Positions 49,201-59,025 of a DNA stretch of 64,000 nt are shown piece after piece. Every line of letters begins with the position of its first letter. Position 1 is the first letter of the stretch. This DNA comes from Candidatus Woesearchaeota archaeon (lineage in GTDB: Archaea > Nanobdellota > Nanobdellia > SCGC-AAA011-G17 > PNOQ01). The DNA lies in assembly GCA_018302135.1 (NCBI GenBank), contig JAGWAE010000002.1, positions 11,803 to 75,802 on the forward strand, read 5' to 3'. Made by a program: the position numbers and the translations under genes. The notes under the pieces are model-generated. The model saw nothing but the letters and a program-made list of their open reading frames with translations. It did no database searches and was not told the origin of the DNA.

Positions 49201-51667
49201 AGTTTTGTTGAATTATAGTGTTTTTGATAGTGATTTAAGAAATATTACCGTACATCTTTATGGAAATGACGTTTTGTTGAATACAAGTGAAAATATTGCC
49301 AACGGAACTGAATTGATTTATAATTGGACTGGATTATCTTTAGGTAAATATAATTGGTCTTTGGAAACTTCTAATGGATTAAAAAATTCGACAAGAGAAT
49401 ATAATTATTTTAATTTGACTAATCTGACAGTTAATTGTGAAGCTGGTGGGCCTTATCAAGGAAATGCTTTGGTTTTAGTTCATGGTAATGTTAGTGATGG
49501 CACAAATTATTTGAATTCTGGTAGTGTTAATGTTAGTATTTTAGATGGTGAAACTCTAGTTTCAACAAAAAATATAACTTTGAGCTCAAATGGAAATTTT
49601 GAAACTAGTTTTGCCGATTTAACTTCTGGATTGTATACTTTAAATGTCACCGGGAATTATTTTGGGGTTAGTAAATCTTGTGTAGATGATGTAATTTTGG
49701 GAAATTCTGCAAGTTTAGTTTTGAATAAAATTATATCATTATATAATTTAACAAATGAAACATTGGATTATAACATAACTCTTAAAGTTATTAATAAGGG
49801 AGGAAGCAATGCAACAAGTACAACATTGATTGATGATGATTCTGATTCAAGCCCGTATAATATTGGAAATATTTCTGGAAATGAAACAATTAGTTTTAGT
49901 TATATAAAAACATTTGCGAGAAATAGTAGTATTTACAATGTAACCTTTGCAATAGCCAATGTTAGTGGAACTGATTCATATGGTGGCGGAGAAGTATCTG
50001 CAAGTTCATCACAAATTCTGCTCACTGTTCCAGATACAACCCCCGAACAGCAAATAAACTTGATTAAAAATGCATATTATTTATCAGAAAATTCTACTAG
50101 TGTTACTTACAATTTAAGTATTGAGGTTGTAAACTCCGGAGGAATTGATTTGAATTCAATAACATTAATAGATTCTGATTTGAGTATTAATACTGTTATA
50201 AACTTAAATAGGACAGAGAATTATTTAGATTCTGGGATAATTGTTATTGATAAGGCTGCATCAAATACTAATAAATTATTTGTAAGCGCTACTGCTACTG
50301 TGAATGTTTTAACATATTCTTCAAATCAAATATTAGTAAGAATACCCGGTTATGGTGGGCCAGCGGATGCTATTGTTTATACGCCTAGTTCAGTATTAAC
50401 TTCTACTTCATTCGATACTAATATAACTGTAGAAAATCAAAATTCAGATATAGGCCAAGATTTTGTTGTAGATTATTGGATAACTAGTGATAATGAAACA
50501 ACAAATTATAGTTCTGGCCAACAAACCATATATGTTGGAGCTTCAAGTACTTCAAATATAACAGCTATATTAACTTCACCATCTAGTCCTGGAAATTATA
50601 GATTTAGATCTTTAGTGACATGGGTTGGCGGAACTGCAACTTCTTACGATAGCTTTGAGGTTACAGCACCTAGTGTAGTTTCTGAAACCCCTTCTCAAAA
50701 TGGGGGAGGATCTAGTGGCGGTGGAACGCGGGTAAGACCTATTGAAGAAATAACTGGAGATGTTATTTTTGATCAGAATAAATTGATACAGGTCATAGAA
50801 TATCCAGATAATATTATAATATCTTCTGAAGAAAATTTAACTAAAGAATTTATTGTAAAAAACACTGGAAACAAAACACTACATAATATGAAAATAACCA
50901 TATCTGGATTGCCTTTGGGATTTTATTCAATAACTCCTAACTCAGTGGATATTGGTGTGATGAATACTCAAAGTTACAAAATAGTTTTTACCCCTACGGG
51001 AGATTCTAATAAATATTTATTTAAATTTATAATTAGTTCTGATGAGTCTTATAACGAAGAAAATTCAATTTTACAAGTTATAAACAAAGACAAAGAATCA
51101 ACAAATTTCTTCAATAAAATAAATCCAAAAGTTTATACTCTTTTTACGGTAATGTTTGTGTTTGGAATTTTGGTTATTCTATTGATAAGAACAAGCAATA
51201 AGACCATAAAAAAAGTATTTCTAATAAGTTTTCCAATTATTCTCATAGGAATCAATGAATATTTTTATTCAGATGGGATAATTAGTGGTTTGATATCAAA
51301 GGATTTATTTAATTATAATAATTTGATTATGATACCTTATTTGGTATCTCTTATTATATTATTCTTTGTTTTTTGGATAATCCTTCGGAAGTATAAGATA
51401 AAACCTTACGTGAGAAAACAGAAATATGCCAAGAATACGGTAAAAGGTTTGCTGAAGAAAGAAGTATATACCTCTTCTGGCCACCATATGGGTAAGATTA
51501 TGGAAATTATTGTTTGTAAAAATAAAATTGATAGTTTGGTGATAAAATCAAGAAAAAAAACTAAAGCTAAGGGGATATTAGTGAAGTATAAAGAAGTAAA
51601 AAGTATTGGTCAAATAGTGATTATAAAATGTGATTCTGTAGAAAAATTTAGAAATTTGCAAATCTAA
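46211..51667 (+). CDS. Giant (1818 aa) secreted Asn/Thr-rich parallel beta-helix repeat surface protein with C-terminal TM segments and PRC-barrel-like domain
   Basis: Signal peptide. Dozens of about 22-aa beta-helix repeats (NNxIxxxGxxxYGIYL...). Ig-like/CARDB-like middle region. Three C-terminal TM helices followed by VYTSSGHHMGKIMEIIV...KGILVKYKEV (PRC-barrel-like). Confidence 0.8.
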   Translation: MRKMNNKYFILLMICITLVVEFASAEIISSCQTISSPGSYELNQSITSTTTCMTIAVSNVDFNCNGSTISYNSGGGATNYGINAIYLLVPLENITIRNCDIKDVNAAGTPSAGIQFTRVTDSVILNNTIQTNGTTLNHGITLTTGCKRNRIENNTINTWGSGITNVGIYLNTEASNNNITGNIVRGVGTLTSYAVYFAADANNNSVNNNNLSTISTVVAANADPHVVVISASNLNNITNNNIYGEGAQRGYAVYITTNAESNNIQNNDIIINLTTGAISYGIYILRSPSTNVINNTITPIGTGTLRGVYVANAQYTNIQNNNISILSPAITTADGILVTASPNSSVLNNDILINATSTVNAISSTSSANNRIENNNINILGNGTATTFNGVLTTTSYSNSIINNSIYIKGITVLNGVLLTTSPDNIVENNSINVTGTGATNVGIYLSSAAPSNIVRNNTIYSSASIPAYGIYLLYDGVNNLIEKNTITTYGTTNANFGIYLSTGTNENRIINNTVTTLGAGTTNYGIHLLTCNNNYVGYNNISTNGTTANHGIYILTQANNNTAENNIISTYGTTGSYGIYINSANYNKLIGNNITANGSTQVAGTTTSNYGIVVGASSYFSEVYNNTIYNGGGRYNYGIYSLTNSRWGTFTGNNVNTGGTGNLNVGAYISESHYNTLENNVFSTSGSTTNHAVYLHSSARENVIENNNISTSGGTDSHAFAFLYVAAGGYPERNIIKNNELLSISGRDIDFATASINGTTLIDQVIGNYSFTGTAGTLIIRNESAGQIEFGAVLSGASTFFSNRIFIWPNLAGIEESTSALNKSATITFYNVSTSSTELQIYRNGGICPETICTNLTTMQAGNVTFNVTRGGNYSILATSSSPSVELNYPDNSFNSSSQNITFNFTAIDDSVGDLNCSVYINNVINQTNYSVSNGTLTSFIINGLQENNHTWYIECYDYLGNRNVSETRNFSVIISQPSYNFNYPGNNSYINDVSSVLLNYSVFDSDLRNITVHLYGNDVLLNTSENIANGTELIYNWTGLSLGKYNWSLETSNGLKNSTREYNYFNLTNLTVNCEAGGPYQGNALVLVHGNVSDGTNYLNSGSVNVSILDGETLVSTKNITLSSNGNFETSFADLTSGLYTLNVTGNYFGVSKSCVDDVILGNSASLVLNKIISLYNLTNETLDYNITLKVINKGGSNATSTTLIDDDSDSSPYNIGNISGNETISFSYIKTFARNSSIYNVTFAIANVSGTDSYGGGEVSASSSQILLTVPDTTPEQQINLIKNAYYLSENSTSVTYNLSIEVVNSGGIDLNSITLIDSDLSINTVINLNRTENYLDSGIIVIDKAASNTNKLFVSATATVNVLTYSSNQILVRIPGYGGPADAIVYTPSSVLTSTSFDTNITVENQNSDIGQDFVVDYWITSDNETTNYSSGQQTIYVGASSTSNITAILTSPSSPGNYRFRSLVTWVGGTATSYDSFEVTAPSVVSETPSQNGGGSSGGGTRVRPIEEITGDVIFDQNKLIQVIEYPDNIIISSEENLTKEFIVKNTGNKTLHNMKITISGLPLGFYSITPNSVDIGVMNTQSYKIVFTPTGDSNKYLFKFIISSDESYNEENSILQVINKDKESTNFFNKINPKVYTLFTVMFVFGILVILLIRTSNKTIKKVFLISFPIILIGINEYFYSDGIISGLISKDLFNYNNLIMIPYLVSLIILFFVFWIILRKYKIKPYVRKQKYAKNTVKGLLKKEVYTSSGHHMGKIMEIIVCKNKIDSLVIKSRKKTKAKGILVKYKEVKSIGQIVIIKCDSVEKFRNLQI

Positions 51668-51714
51668 TGTTTTGGAACATAATATTTTATAAATAGACTT
51701 ATTTTTTCTTTTGT

Positions 51715-53538
51715 ATGTTAGATTTATTTCCTTTTGACAAACATAGAGATGCACAAGAATCTTTTATGAAAGTTGTAGGCACTGCATTAAAACATAAAAA
51801 AGATGTTTTGGCCCATGTTCCAACTGGAGTTGGAAAAACTGTTGCAACATTAGCTCCGAGTTTAGCTTTTGCTTTGGAAAATAAAAAACATGTTATATTT
51901 TTAACTTCTAAACATACACATCATAAAATTGCTGTTGAAACTTTAAAAATAATAAAAGATAAAAAAAATATTAATTTTCAAGTTGCGGATTTTATTGGTA
52001 AAAGATGGATGTGCCCAAGAGAAGATGTTGGAGCTTTAAATTCTAAGGAGTTTGGAGAATTTTGTAGATATGTTGTAGAAAATAAAGAATGCCCCTATTA
52101 TGAGAATTATTATAGTAGAAGTAGAATTTTTACTAATAAATTATTACTTGATGAACTAAATAATAACATCTTTCATGTTGAAGAATTAATTGATAAATGT
52201 AGAAATGCACATGCTTGTAGTTTTGAAGCGGCTGCTGATTTGGCTAAAAAATCTAAAGTTGTAATATTAGATTATTATCATGTTTTGAATCCAATAACAA
52301 GAGCTAATTTTTTTAAGAAGATTGAAAAGGATGTAGAAGATTGTATTTTTATCTGGGATGAGGCACATAATCTGGCTGGAAGAGCAAGAGAATTGTTAAG
52401 TGAATATATTAATACTTTAAGTTTGGATTCTGCGATAAAAGAAGCTGAAAGGTTTAATCAAGATTTGGCTAGTGTTATAGTTGGGTTAAAAGAAAGTTTG
52501 TTGGGTATGAGTGAAAAATTAAGTTTAGATAAAAATGAGGTTTTAGTTAATAAAACTGATTTGATTAATTTGAAAGATGAAATTATAACTGAAATGTTTG
52601 AAACTGCTGAAAAAGTTATTGAAGAAGAAAAAAGAAGTTATTTAAACTCTTTAGCGGGATTTTTGATGCTTTGGAAACAAGAAGACAAAAGATTTACGAG
52701 AATTTTAAAAAGAAGTTTTAACAGAATGGGCAAACCTATTATAAGTTTGTATTACAACTGCTTAGATCCAAGTATTGTACTGGCTCCGATAATCGAGCAA
52801 GCACATTGTAACATTTTTATGAGCGGGACTTTACATCCTTTAGATATGTATGAAGAAATATTTGGTTTAAAAACTCCAATAAAAGTTGAATATGAAAATC
52901 CATTTCCTTCTTCTAATAGATTAGACTTGATTGTGCCTAACATTAGTACTAAATATACTTCAAGAAATTTGGAAATGTATGAAAGAATTGCTGATAATAT
53001 TAATGAATTAATTAAAGTGATAAAAGGAAACAAAATATTCTTTTTTCCAAGTTATGAATTGATGGATAAAGTTAAAGATAAAATATTTGGTGAAAATCTT
53101 TTTATAGAGAACCAAGGAACTGATAAAGGTTCTAGAGAAGCATTACTTAGAAAATTTGTTGAGTTAAAAGATAAAAGTTGTAGTTTATTGGCTGTTAGTT
53201 CTGGCAGTTTTGGTGAAAGTGTAGATTTAATTGGTGATCATTTAGTTGGAGTTGTTATAGTTGGCATTCCTTTTGGCAAAGTAGATTTAGAAAGCAATGA
53301 ATTGATTAGGTATTATGAAGAAAAATTTAAGAAAGGAATGGAATATGGTTATATAATTCCGGCATTTACTAGTATTATGCAGAATTCAGGCAGGTGTATT
53401 AGAAGTGAGAACGATAAAGGAGTTATCGTTTATTTAGATGAAAGATATTTATCTCCAAATTATAAAAAATATTTTCCATCCACTGTTAAGTTTAAAGTAG
53501 CTAGAGATTATAAAGAAGTTGAGAAGTTTTTTAAATAA
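51715..53538 (+). CDS. XPD/Rad3-like superfamily 2 DNA helicase with Fe-S domain
   Basis: Walker A VPTGVGKT, DEAH box IWDEAHNL, four Cys (WMCPRED...FCRYVVENKECPYY) as in the XPD Fe-S domain, C-terminal Helicase_C_2-like region. Confidence 0.75.
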   Translation: MLDLFPFDKHRDAQESFMKVVGTALKHKKDVLAHVPTGVGKTVATLAPSLAFALENKKHVIFLTSKHTHHKIAVETLKIIKDKKNINFQVADFIGKRWMCPREDVGALNSKEFGEFCRYVVENKECPYYENYYSRSRIFTNKLLLDELNNNIFHVEELIDKCRNAHACSFEAAADLAKKSKVVILDYYHVLNPITRANFFKKIEKDVEDCIFIWDEAHNLAGRARELLSEYINTLSLDSAIKEAERFNQDLASVIVGLKESLLGMSEKLSLDKNEVLVNKTDLINLKDEIITEMFETAEKVIEEEKRSYLNSLAGFLMLWKQEDKRFTRILKRSFNRMGKPIISLYYNCLDPSIVLAPIIEQAHCNIFMSGTLHPLDMYEEIFGLKTPIKVEYENPFPSSNRLDLIVPNISTKYTSRNLEMYERIADNINELIKVIKGNKIFFFPSYELMDKVKDKIFGENLFIENQGTDKGSREALLRKFVELKDKSCSLLAVSSGSFGESVDLIGDHLVGVVIVGIPFGKVDLESNELIRYYEEKFKKGMEYGYIIPAFTSIMQNSGRCIRSENDKGVIVYLDERYLSPNYKKYFPSTVKFKVARDYKEVEKFFK

Positions 53539-53570
53539 AATTTATATACTAGTGAAATAATTTTTTATTT

Positions 53571-54203
53571 ATGGATATACAAACTGCCGCTTTGAGGTTT
53601 GGAATTACTTTTCTTTTAGCATTTATATTTGGTATAGAAAGACAAAGAGAGCATAAACCAGTAGGTTTTGGAACTTTTAGTTTTGTTTCTGTTGGTTCAT
53701 GTGGTCTAGCTTTGGTTGCTACAGATCTTTACTCAAATAATCCTTTGCCTTTGCTTGCAGCAATTGTTACAGGTATTGGTTTTCTTGGAGCAGGTGCATT
53801 AATCAAAACAACTGATAAAATATTTGGATTTACTACTGCAGCAAGCATTTGGTTATTTGCCATAATAGGCTTAATTGTTGGAGTTGGAGAGTATAATATT
53901 GCATTGATGATATATATTTTAGTCTGGATAGTTATAATTGTTGATAAAATTCTACAAATAAAAGGTATTGGATCTTATCAAAAAAAATTGATTATAACTA
54001 CTAAAAATATGATAACTGAACAGGAAGTTGACAAATTGTTTGATGAATTTAAAACGAAACATAAATTAATTGGTGTTGAAATGGATAAAACTAATAATAA
54101 AAGCAATCTTATTTATTTAATAGAAGGCACAAGAGATAATATAAATAAACTAGCCAAAAAATTATATGAACAAAAATGGTTAGCTAGTGTTAAGTCTGAA
54201 TAA
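53571..54203 (+). CDS. MgtC/SapB-family membrane protein
   Basis: FGIERQREHKPVGFGTFSFVSVGSCGLAL is the MgtC signature. Confidence 0.7.
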   Translation: MDIQTAALRFGITFLLAFIFGIERQREHKPVGFGTFSFVSVGSCGLALVATDLYSNNPLPLLAAIVTGIGFLGAGALIKTTDKIFGFTTAASIWLFAIIGLIVGVGEYNIALMIYILVWIVIIVDKILQIKGIGSYQKKLIITTKNMITEQEVDKLFDEFKTKHKLIGVEMDKTNNKSNLIYLIEGTRDNINKLAKKLYEQKWLASVKSE

Positions 54204-54243
54204 AAGAAAAAGTTTAAATAACTCCTAGATTTGATTATTTATT

Positions 54244-55469
54244 ATGTACACTAGTGAGATAAAAAATTCTTTAGAAGGCAAAAAGATAACATTGCGTGGC
54301 TGGGCACATGAATTGAGAGATTTGGCTAAAATTAAATTTGTTTTACTTAGAGACGAAGAAGGAATTATACAATGTGCTATTAAGACTGGAAAAGCTTTTG
54401 ATAATTTTGGTGAATTAAGCCAAGAGAGCGTAATAGAAATTACTGGAAATGTTAAAAAAGCCCAAGTAAAAAGCCCAGAAGTTAGTGTTAAAGATTTTGA
54501 AATTGAAGTTGTAGAATTGAATTTATTAAATAAAGCTGAAGTACTGCCTATTCAAGTTGTTGAGAAAGATATTGATACTGGATTAGCTAAAAGATTGGAT
54601 TATAGGTCATTGGATATTAGAAAGCCACGAGTGTCTACAATTTTTAAGATACAATCAACAATTGCTAACTCATTCAGAGAATTTTTTTATAAAAAAGGAT
54701 TTATTGAAATAAGGCGAAATATTTTGACAGAGATGCTTATTTGGCACAATCACCCCAATTGTATAAACAATTGTGCGCAATTAGTTGGGGTAAAGTATTT
54801 TCCACTTCTCCTGTGTGGAGAGCAGAAAAACATAATACACCAAGGCATTTGAATGAAGTAAGACAAATGGATATTGAAGTTGCTTTTGCTGATCAATTTG
54901 CCGTGATGAAATATCAAGAGGAAGTTATGAAACATATTATCGAAAATGTTATTGAAAAATGCAAAGAAGAAATTAAATTATTAAATTTAGATTTAAAGAT
55001 ACCTAAAGCAAAGTATATCAGTTATGATGAAACTATTGAATTATTAAATAAAAATGGAGTTAAAATTAAATATGGTGAGGATCTGGAACCGGAATGTGAA
55101 AAAAAGTTGTGTGAATTATTCAAACATAGTTTAGTTTTTGTACATTCCTGGCCAACATCAATAAAACCATTTTATATATGGCCAATTGATAAAAAAGTTA
55201 GTGGTGGTTTTGATATGTTGTATGGTGGAATGGAATTAAGCTCTGGTGGACAAAGAGTTCATGTTCCTGAAATATTAATTGAAAACTTGAAGAAAAAAAG
55301 TTTAAATCCAAAAGATTTTAAATGGTATGTTGATGCATTTAGATTTGGTGCACCCATGCATGCAGGTTGGTCAATAGGGTTAGAAAGAATAACTATGGTT
55401 GTTTGTAATCTAGATAATATAAGAGAAGCTTGTTTGTTTCCAAGAGACAGAGATAGGTTATCACCATGA
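54244..55469 (+). pseudogene. aspS: Aspartyl-tRNA synthetase (archaeal/eukaryal type) disrupted by an internal deletion/frameshift near 54705-54720
   Basis: N-terminal OB domain and ...FYKKGFIEI in frame 1, then stop. Downstream frame carries KYFDRDAYLAQSPQLYKQ...FRAEKHNTPRHLNE...FPRDRDRLSP. The segment expected between GFIEI and KYF (about 19 aa containing the motif-1 TPKI and tEGGAelF) is absent, and the frames differ. Confidence 0.7.
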
Positions 55470-56746
55470 ATTTCATACAAATACAGGAAGCATTAGAAAA
55501 AAAGAAAGGCAATGTAGCAGTAAGAGGATGGATTTATAGAATTAGAAAATTAAAAGATAAAATATTTATTGTTTTGAGAGATTCTTCTGAAATTATTCAA
55601 TGTGTAATTAAAAATGAAGAAATGATTAAGGTTGCAGATAAGCTATTAATGGAAAGTTCTTTAGAAATTGAAGGTGAAATTTATTCTGAACCAAGAGCAC
55701 CAACTAAATATGAAATTGATGTTAAAAAATTAATAGTTGTTCACGCTTCTGAAGATTTCCCAATAAATAAGGACCAAAGCCCAGAATTTTTGGCAGATAA
55801 TAGACATTTATGGTTAAGAAGTAGAAAAATGACTTCTATTCTGAAAATTAGAAGTACTGTTTTAGAAGCAATGAGAGAACATTGGAGAAAAAAAGGATTT
55901 TATGAATATCACAGCCCAATGTTTATGGGGATGCAAGCTGAAGGAGGTTCTACTTTGTTTAAAGTAGATTATTATGGTAAACCTGTATATTTATCCCAAA
56001 CTTGGCAATTACATGCTGAACCAGCTATATTTGCTTTAGAAAAAATATTTACAATACAACCTGCATTTAGAGCTGAAAAGTCAAAAACATCTAGACATCT
56101 ATCTGAGTTATGGATGGCAGAAATGGAAGCTGCATGGGAGGGTTTTGAATATTTACAAGATGATGCCGAAGAAATGATTAAACATGTTGTTAAAAAAGTA
56201 TTAGCTGATAACAAAGATGAATTAAAAATTCTTGAAAGAGATATTTCTAAGTTAGAACCTGTGTTGAAAAAGAAATTCCCAAGAATGACTTATGATGATT
56301 CTTTAAAAATATTAGCTAAACATGATATGAAATTAGAATGGGGCAAGGATTTGAGAACTTTTGAAGAAGATAAATTAAGTGAGTTATACGATACACCGAT
56401 TATCATAACTAAATATCCAAAGGTAGTAAAAGCATTTTATATGAGAGAAGATCCTAAAAATTCAAAAGTAGTTTTGGGTTTTGATGTTATTGCCCCTGAA
56501 CATTATGGTGAAATTGTTGGGGCTTCTGAAAGAGAAACGGATATTAAAAAATTAAAAAAGAATTTAGAGGAACAGGGAGAAGACCCAAAAAAATATGAGT
56601 TTTACTTTGATACAAGAAGATACGGTAGTGTTCCGCATGGTGGTTATGGCGCGGGTGTTGAAAGAATTATTTCTTGGATTTGTGGCCTAGATAATATTAA
56701 GGATGCTATTGCTTTTCCAAGAACTATGACTAGATGGACACCATAA
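55466..56746 (+). CDS. asnS: Asparaginyl-tRNA synthetase (class IIb)
   Basis: Anticodon-binding OB, motif 2 FRAEKSKTSRHLSE, C-terminal GYGAGVERIISWICGLDNIKDAIAFPRTMTRWTP. ATGA overlap with aspS. Confidence 0.8.
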   Translation: MNFIQIQEALEKKKGNVAVRGWIYRIRKLKDKIFIVLRDSSEIIQCVIKNEEMIKVADKLLMESSLEIEGEIYSEPRAPTKYEIDVKKLIVVHASEDFPINKDQSPEFLADNRHLWLRSRKMTSILKIRSTVLEAMREHWRKKGFYEYHSPMFMGMQAEGGSTLFKVDYYGKPVYLSQTWQLHAEPAIFALEKIFTIQPAFRAEKSKTSRHLSELWMAEMEAAWEGFEYLQDDAEEMIKHVVKKVLADNKDELKILERDISKLEPVLKKKFPRMTYDDSLKILAKHDMKLEWGKDLRTFEEDKLSELYDTPIIITKYPKVVKAFYMREDPKNSKVVLGFDVIAPEHYGEIVGASERETDIKKLKKNLEEQGEDPKKYEFYFDTRRYGSVPHGGYGAGVERIISWICGLDNIKDAIAFPRTMTRWTP

Positions 56747-56792
56747 GTTTATTTTAATAAACTTTATAAATTATTCAGCTTTCCCAATTTAA

Positions 56793-57941
56793 ATGGAAAA
56801 TTATTTTATAACTTCTGAATCTGTTACTGAAGGACATCCAGATAAAATTTGTGACCAAATATCTGATGAAATTTTAGATATATTAATTAGTCAAGATCCT
56901 ACTTCTAAAGTTGCTGTTGAAACTTTAGTAACTACAGGTAGTGTTCATGTAGCTGGAGAAATTACAACAGAAGGATATGTAGATGTTCAAGAAACAGTTA
57001 GAAGAGTTTTAAAAGAAATTGGTTATATTAATCCAAGATTTGGTATTGATTGTCAAGATGCAGGTGTTTGGGTTGCTATTCATAAACAAAGTCCTGAAAT
57101 TGCTATGGGTGTAAATAGTGAGGAACAAGGCGCTGGGGATCAGGGGATGATGTACGGTTTTGCTTGCGATGAAACAAAAGAATTAATGCCTATGCCAATA
57201 ATATTTGCGCATAAATTAACTAGAAAATTGGCTGAAGTAAGAAAGAAAAAAATAATAAATTATCTAGGACCAGATGGAAAATCCCAAGTTACAGTTCAGT
57301 ATGTAAAAGGTAGACCAAAAAGAATTGAATGTATTGTTATAGCGCAACAGCACACAGAAGAAATTTCTGAAAAAGAATTGAGAAAAGAAATTTTTAAAAA
57401 AGTGATAAAACCTATATGTGGAAAATTAATAGATAAAAATACTAAAATTCACATTAATGCTACTGGAAGATTTGTCATTGGTGGACCAGAAGGAGATACT
57501 GGGGTGACTGGAAGAAAAATTATTGTAGATAGTTATGGTGGAATTGGAAGACATGGTGGCGGTGCTTTTTCTGGAAAGGATCCTAGCAAAGTAGATAGAA
57601 GTGGCGCTTATATGGCAAGATATATTGCTAAAAATATTGTTGCTGCGGGTTTAGCAAATAAGTGTGAAGTACAAATAAGTTATGTTATTGGTGTTGCCAG
57701 ACCAAGTTCAGTAAATGTTGAATGTTTCGGAACTAATAAAATTCCTGAAGAAAAAATAATGAAGTTAATATATGAAAACTTTGATATGACTCCGAAAGGG
57801 ATTATAGATAAATTAGACTTATTAAAACCTAAATACAGACAGACTGCTGCTTATGGTCATTTTGGAAGGAATGAACCTGGATTTACATGGGAAAGAACTG
57901 ACCGAGCATTGTTATTAAGAGAAGAAGCTGGATTAGAATAA
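56793..57941 (+). CDS. metK: S-adenosylmethionine synthetase, bacterial/eukaryal MetK type
   Basis: [21 protein letters not shown] (MetK N-terminal signature), [10 protein letters not shown]-loop, 382 aa. Not the archaeal MAT type. Confidence 0.9.
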   Translation: MENYFITSESVTEGHPDKICDQISDEILDILISQDPTSKVAVETLVTTGSVHVAGEITTEGYVDVQETVRRVLKEIGYINPRFGIDCQDAGVWVAIHKQSPEIAMGVNSEEQGAGDQGMMYGFACDETKELMPMPIIFAHKLTRKLAEVRKKKIINYLGPDGKSQVTVQYVKGRPKRIECIVIAQQHTEEISEKELRKEIFKKVIKPICGKLIDKNTKIHINATGRFVIGGPEGDTGVTGRKIIVDSYGGIGRHGGGAFSGKDPSKVDRSGAYMARYIAKNIVAAGLANKCEVQISYVIGVARPSSVNVECFGTNKIPEEKIMKLIYENFDMTPKGIIDKLDLLKPKYRQTAAYGHFGRNEPGFTWERTDRALLLREEAGLE

Positions 57942-59023
57942 ATGGTATACTTGATAAATTAATCCTAGTATAAACATTAACATCAAAAATATTCCTATTA
58001 TATATTTTTTACCTAAATGATATTCTGGAGTTCTGTAATGTTTTTTTCTCGCTCTGTGAAACATTAAAACTATTAAGATTCCATCTATGCCACCAGCAAT
58101 AGCTCCAGTTATTCCAATAACTTTTATAAAACTTGTAAAACCTGTTAAAAATATTACAAATGGAATAACAACAGTTAAACACCAAGCCCAAAAATTTTTA
58201 ATTTTATAATCATAGAAGTGAACATTGCAAGTGCTGCAAACAAATTGCCAATAATCAAAATGAATTTGCCAAAAGATTCTCCTAATCCAATTGTTGCTAT
58301 TTCTGTTGTTTTTGCTCCAGTGATTCCGAGAACTGCAAAAGTAAATAATAAATAAGCAAATAAAGGAATTAAAGAACCAATAATTATTGTTTTTTTTAAC
58401 TTTTTTTTATCGTGAGATAGATATTCTTTCATTTCTGGAATTGCTGCAGTTCCTATGAACGCGAATAAGACAACACCATAAGGCAAAAATATATTTTTTA
58501 GATTTATTGTAGCTAAATTAGCTAAATTAAACTTTCCTGAAAAAATTGAATATAAAAATAATCCACTAAAAATTAAAAAAACAGTTGTTATAAAAAATAC
58601 TTCTGATTTTGCTATCGTTTTTAAACCAATGTAAATTATTGAAGAAGCAACAACAAAAAACGCTATTGAGAATGTGATACTAGATAACCCAAAAACTGTA
58701 GCTAAAGCTTGACCAGAACCTATAATGTAAGCTATTAATGCACCATATATTCCAAATACCATAGAAAACATCATTAGCTTTTTTCCCGTTTTACCAAGAT
58801 AACGTTCAGCATAACCAGGTAATTGATGATTTCCCGGAGTTCTTAGTACAATCTCTCCTAGAAATAAATTTAACATCATCATTGCTAAACCAATTATAAT
58901 TATTATAAAAAATCCAGGAATAAATCCAACTTGAGAGATTACATAAGGAATTCCTAAAACTCCTGCACCTATAATTGTGCCGCATAATAGAGCAGTTGCT
59001 CTAAAAGTAGATAATGAATTCAT
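57934..59023 (-). pseudogene. Amino-acid transporter (APC/aromatic amino acid permease-like), frameshifted near 58185-58200
   Basis: ORF 58175-59023 (282 aa, 8 TM) ends in an A/T homopolymer. A downstream frame continues with TM segments (FWAWCLTVVIPFVIFLTGF...HRARKKHYRTPEYH...) to a stop at 57934. Intact length would be about 365 aa. Confidence 0.6.
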
Positions 59024-59025
59024 AA

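Noticed and set aside
58009-58191. 60-aa ORF downstream of the truncated transporter
   Set aside because: Its frame is not the one that continues the transporter. The third frame gives the plausible TM-rich continuation, so this ORF is treated as spurious.
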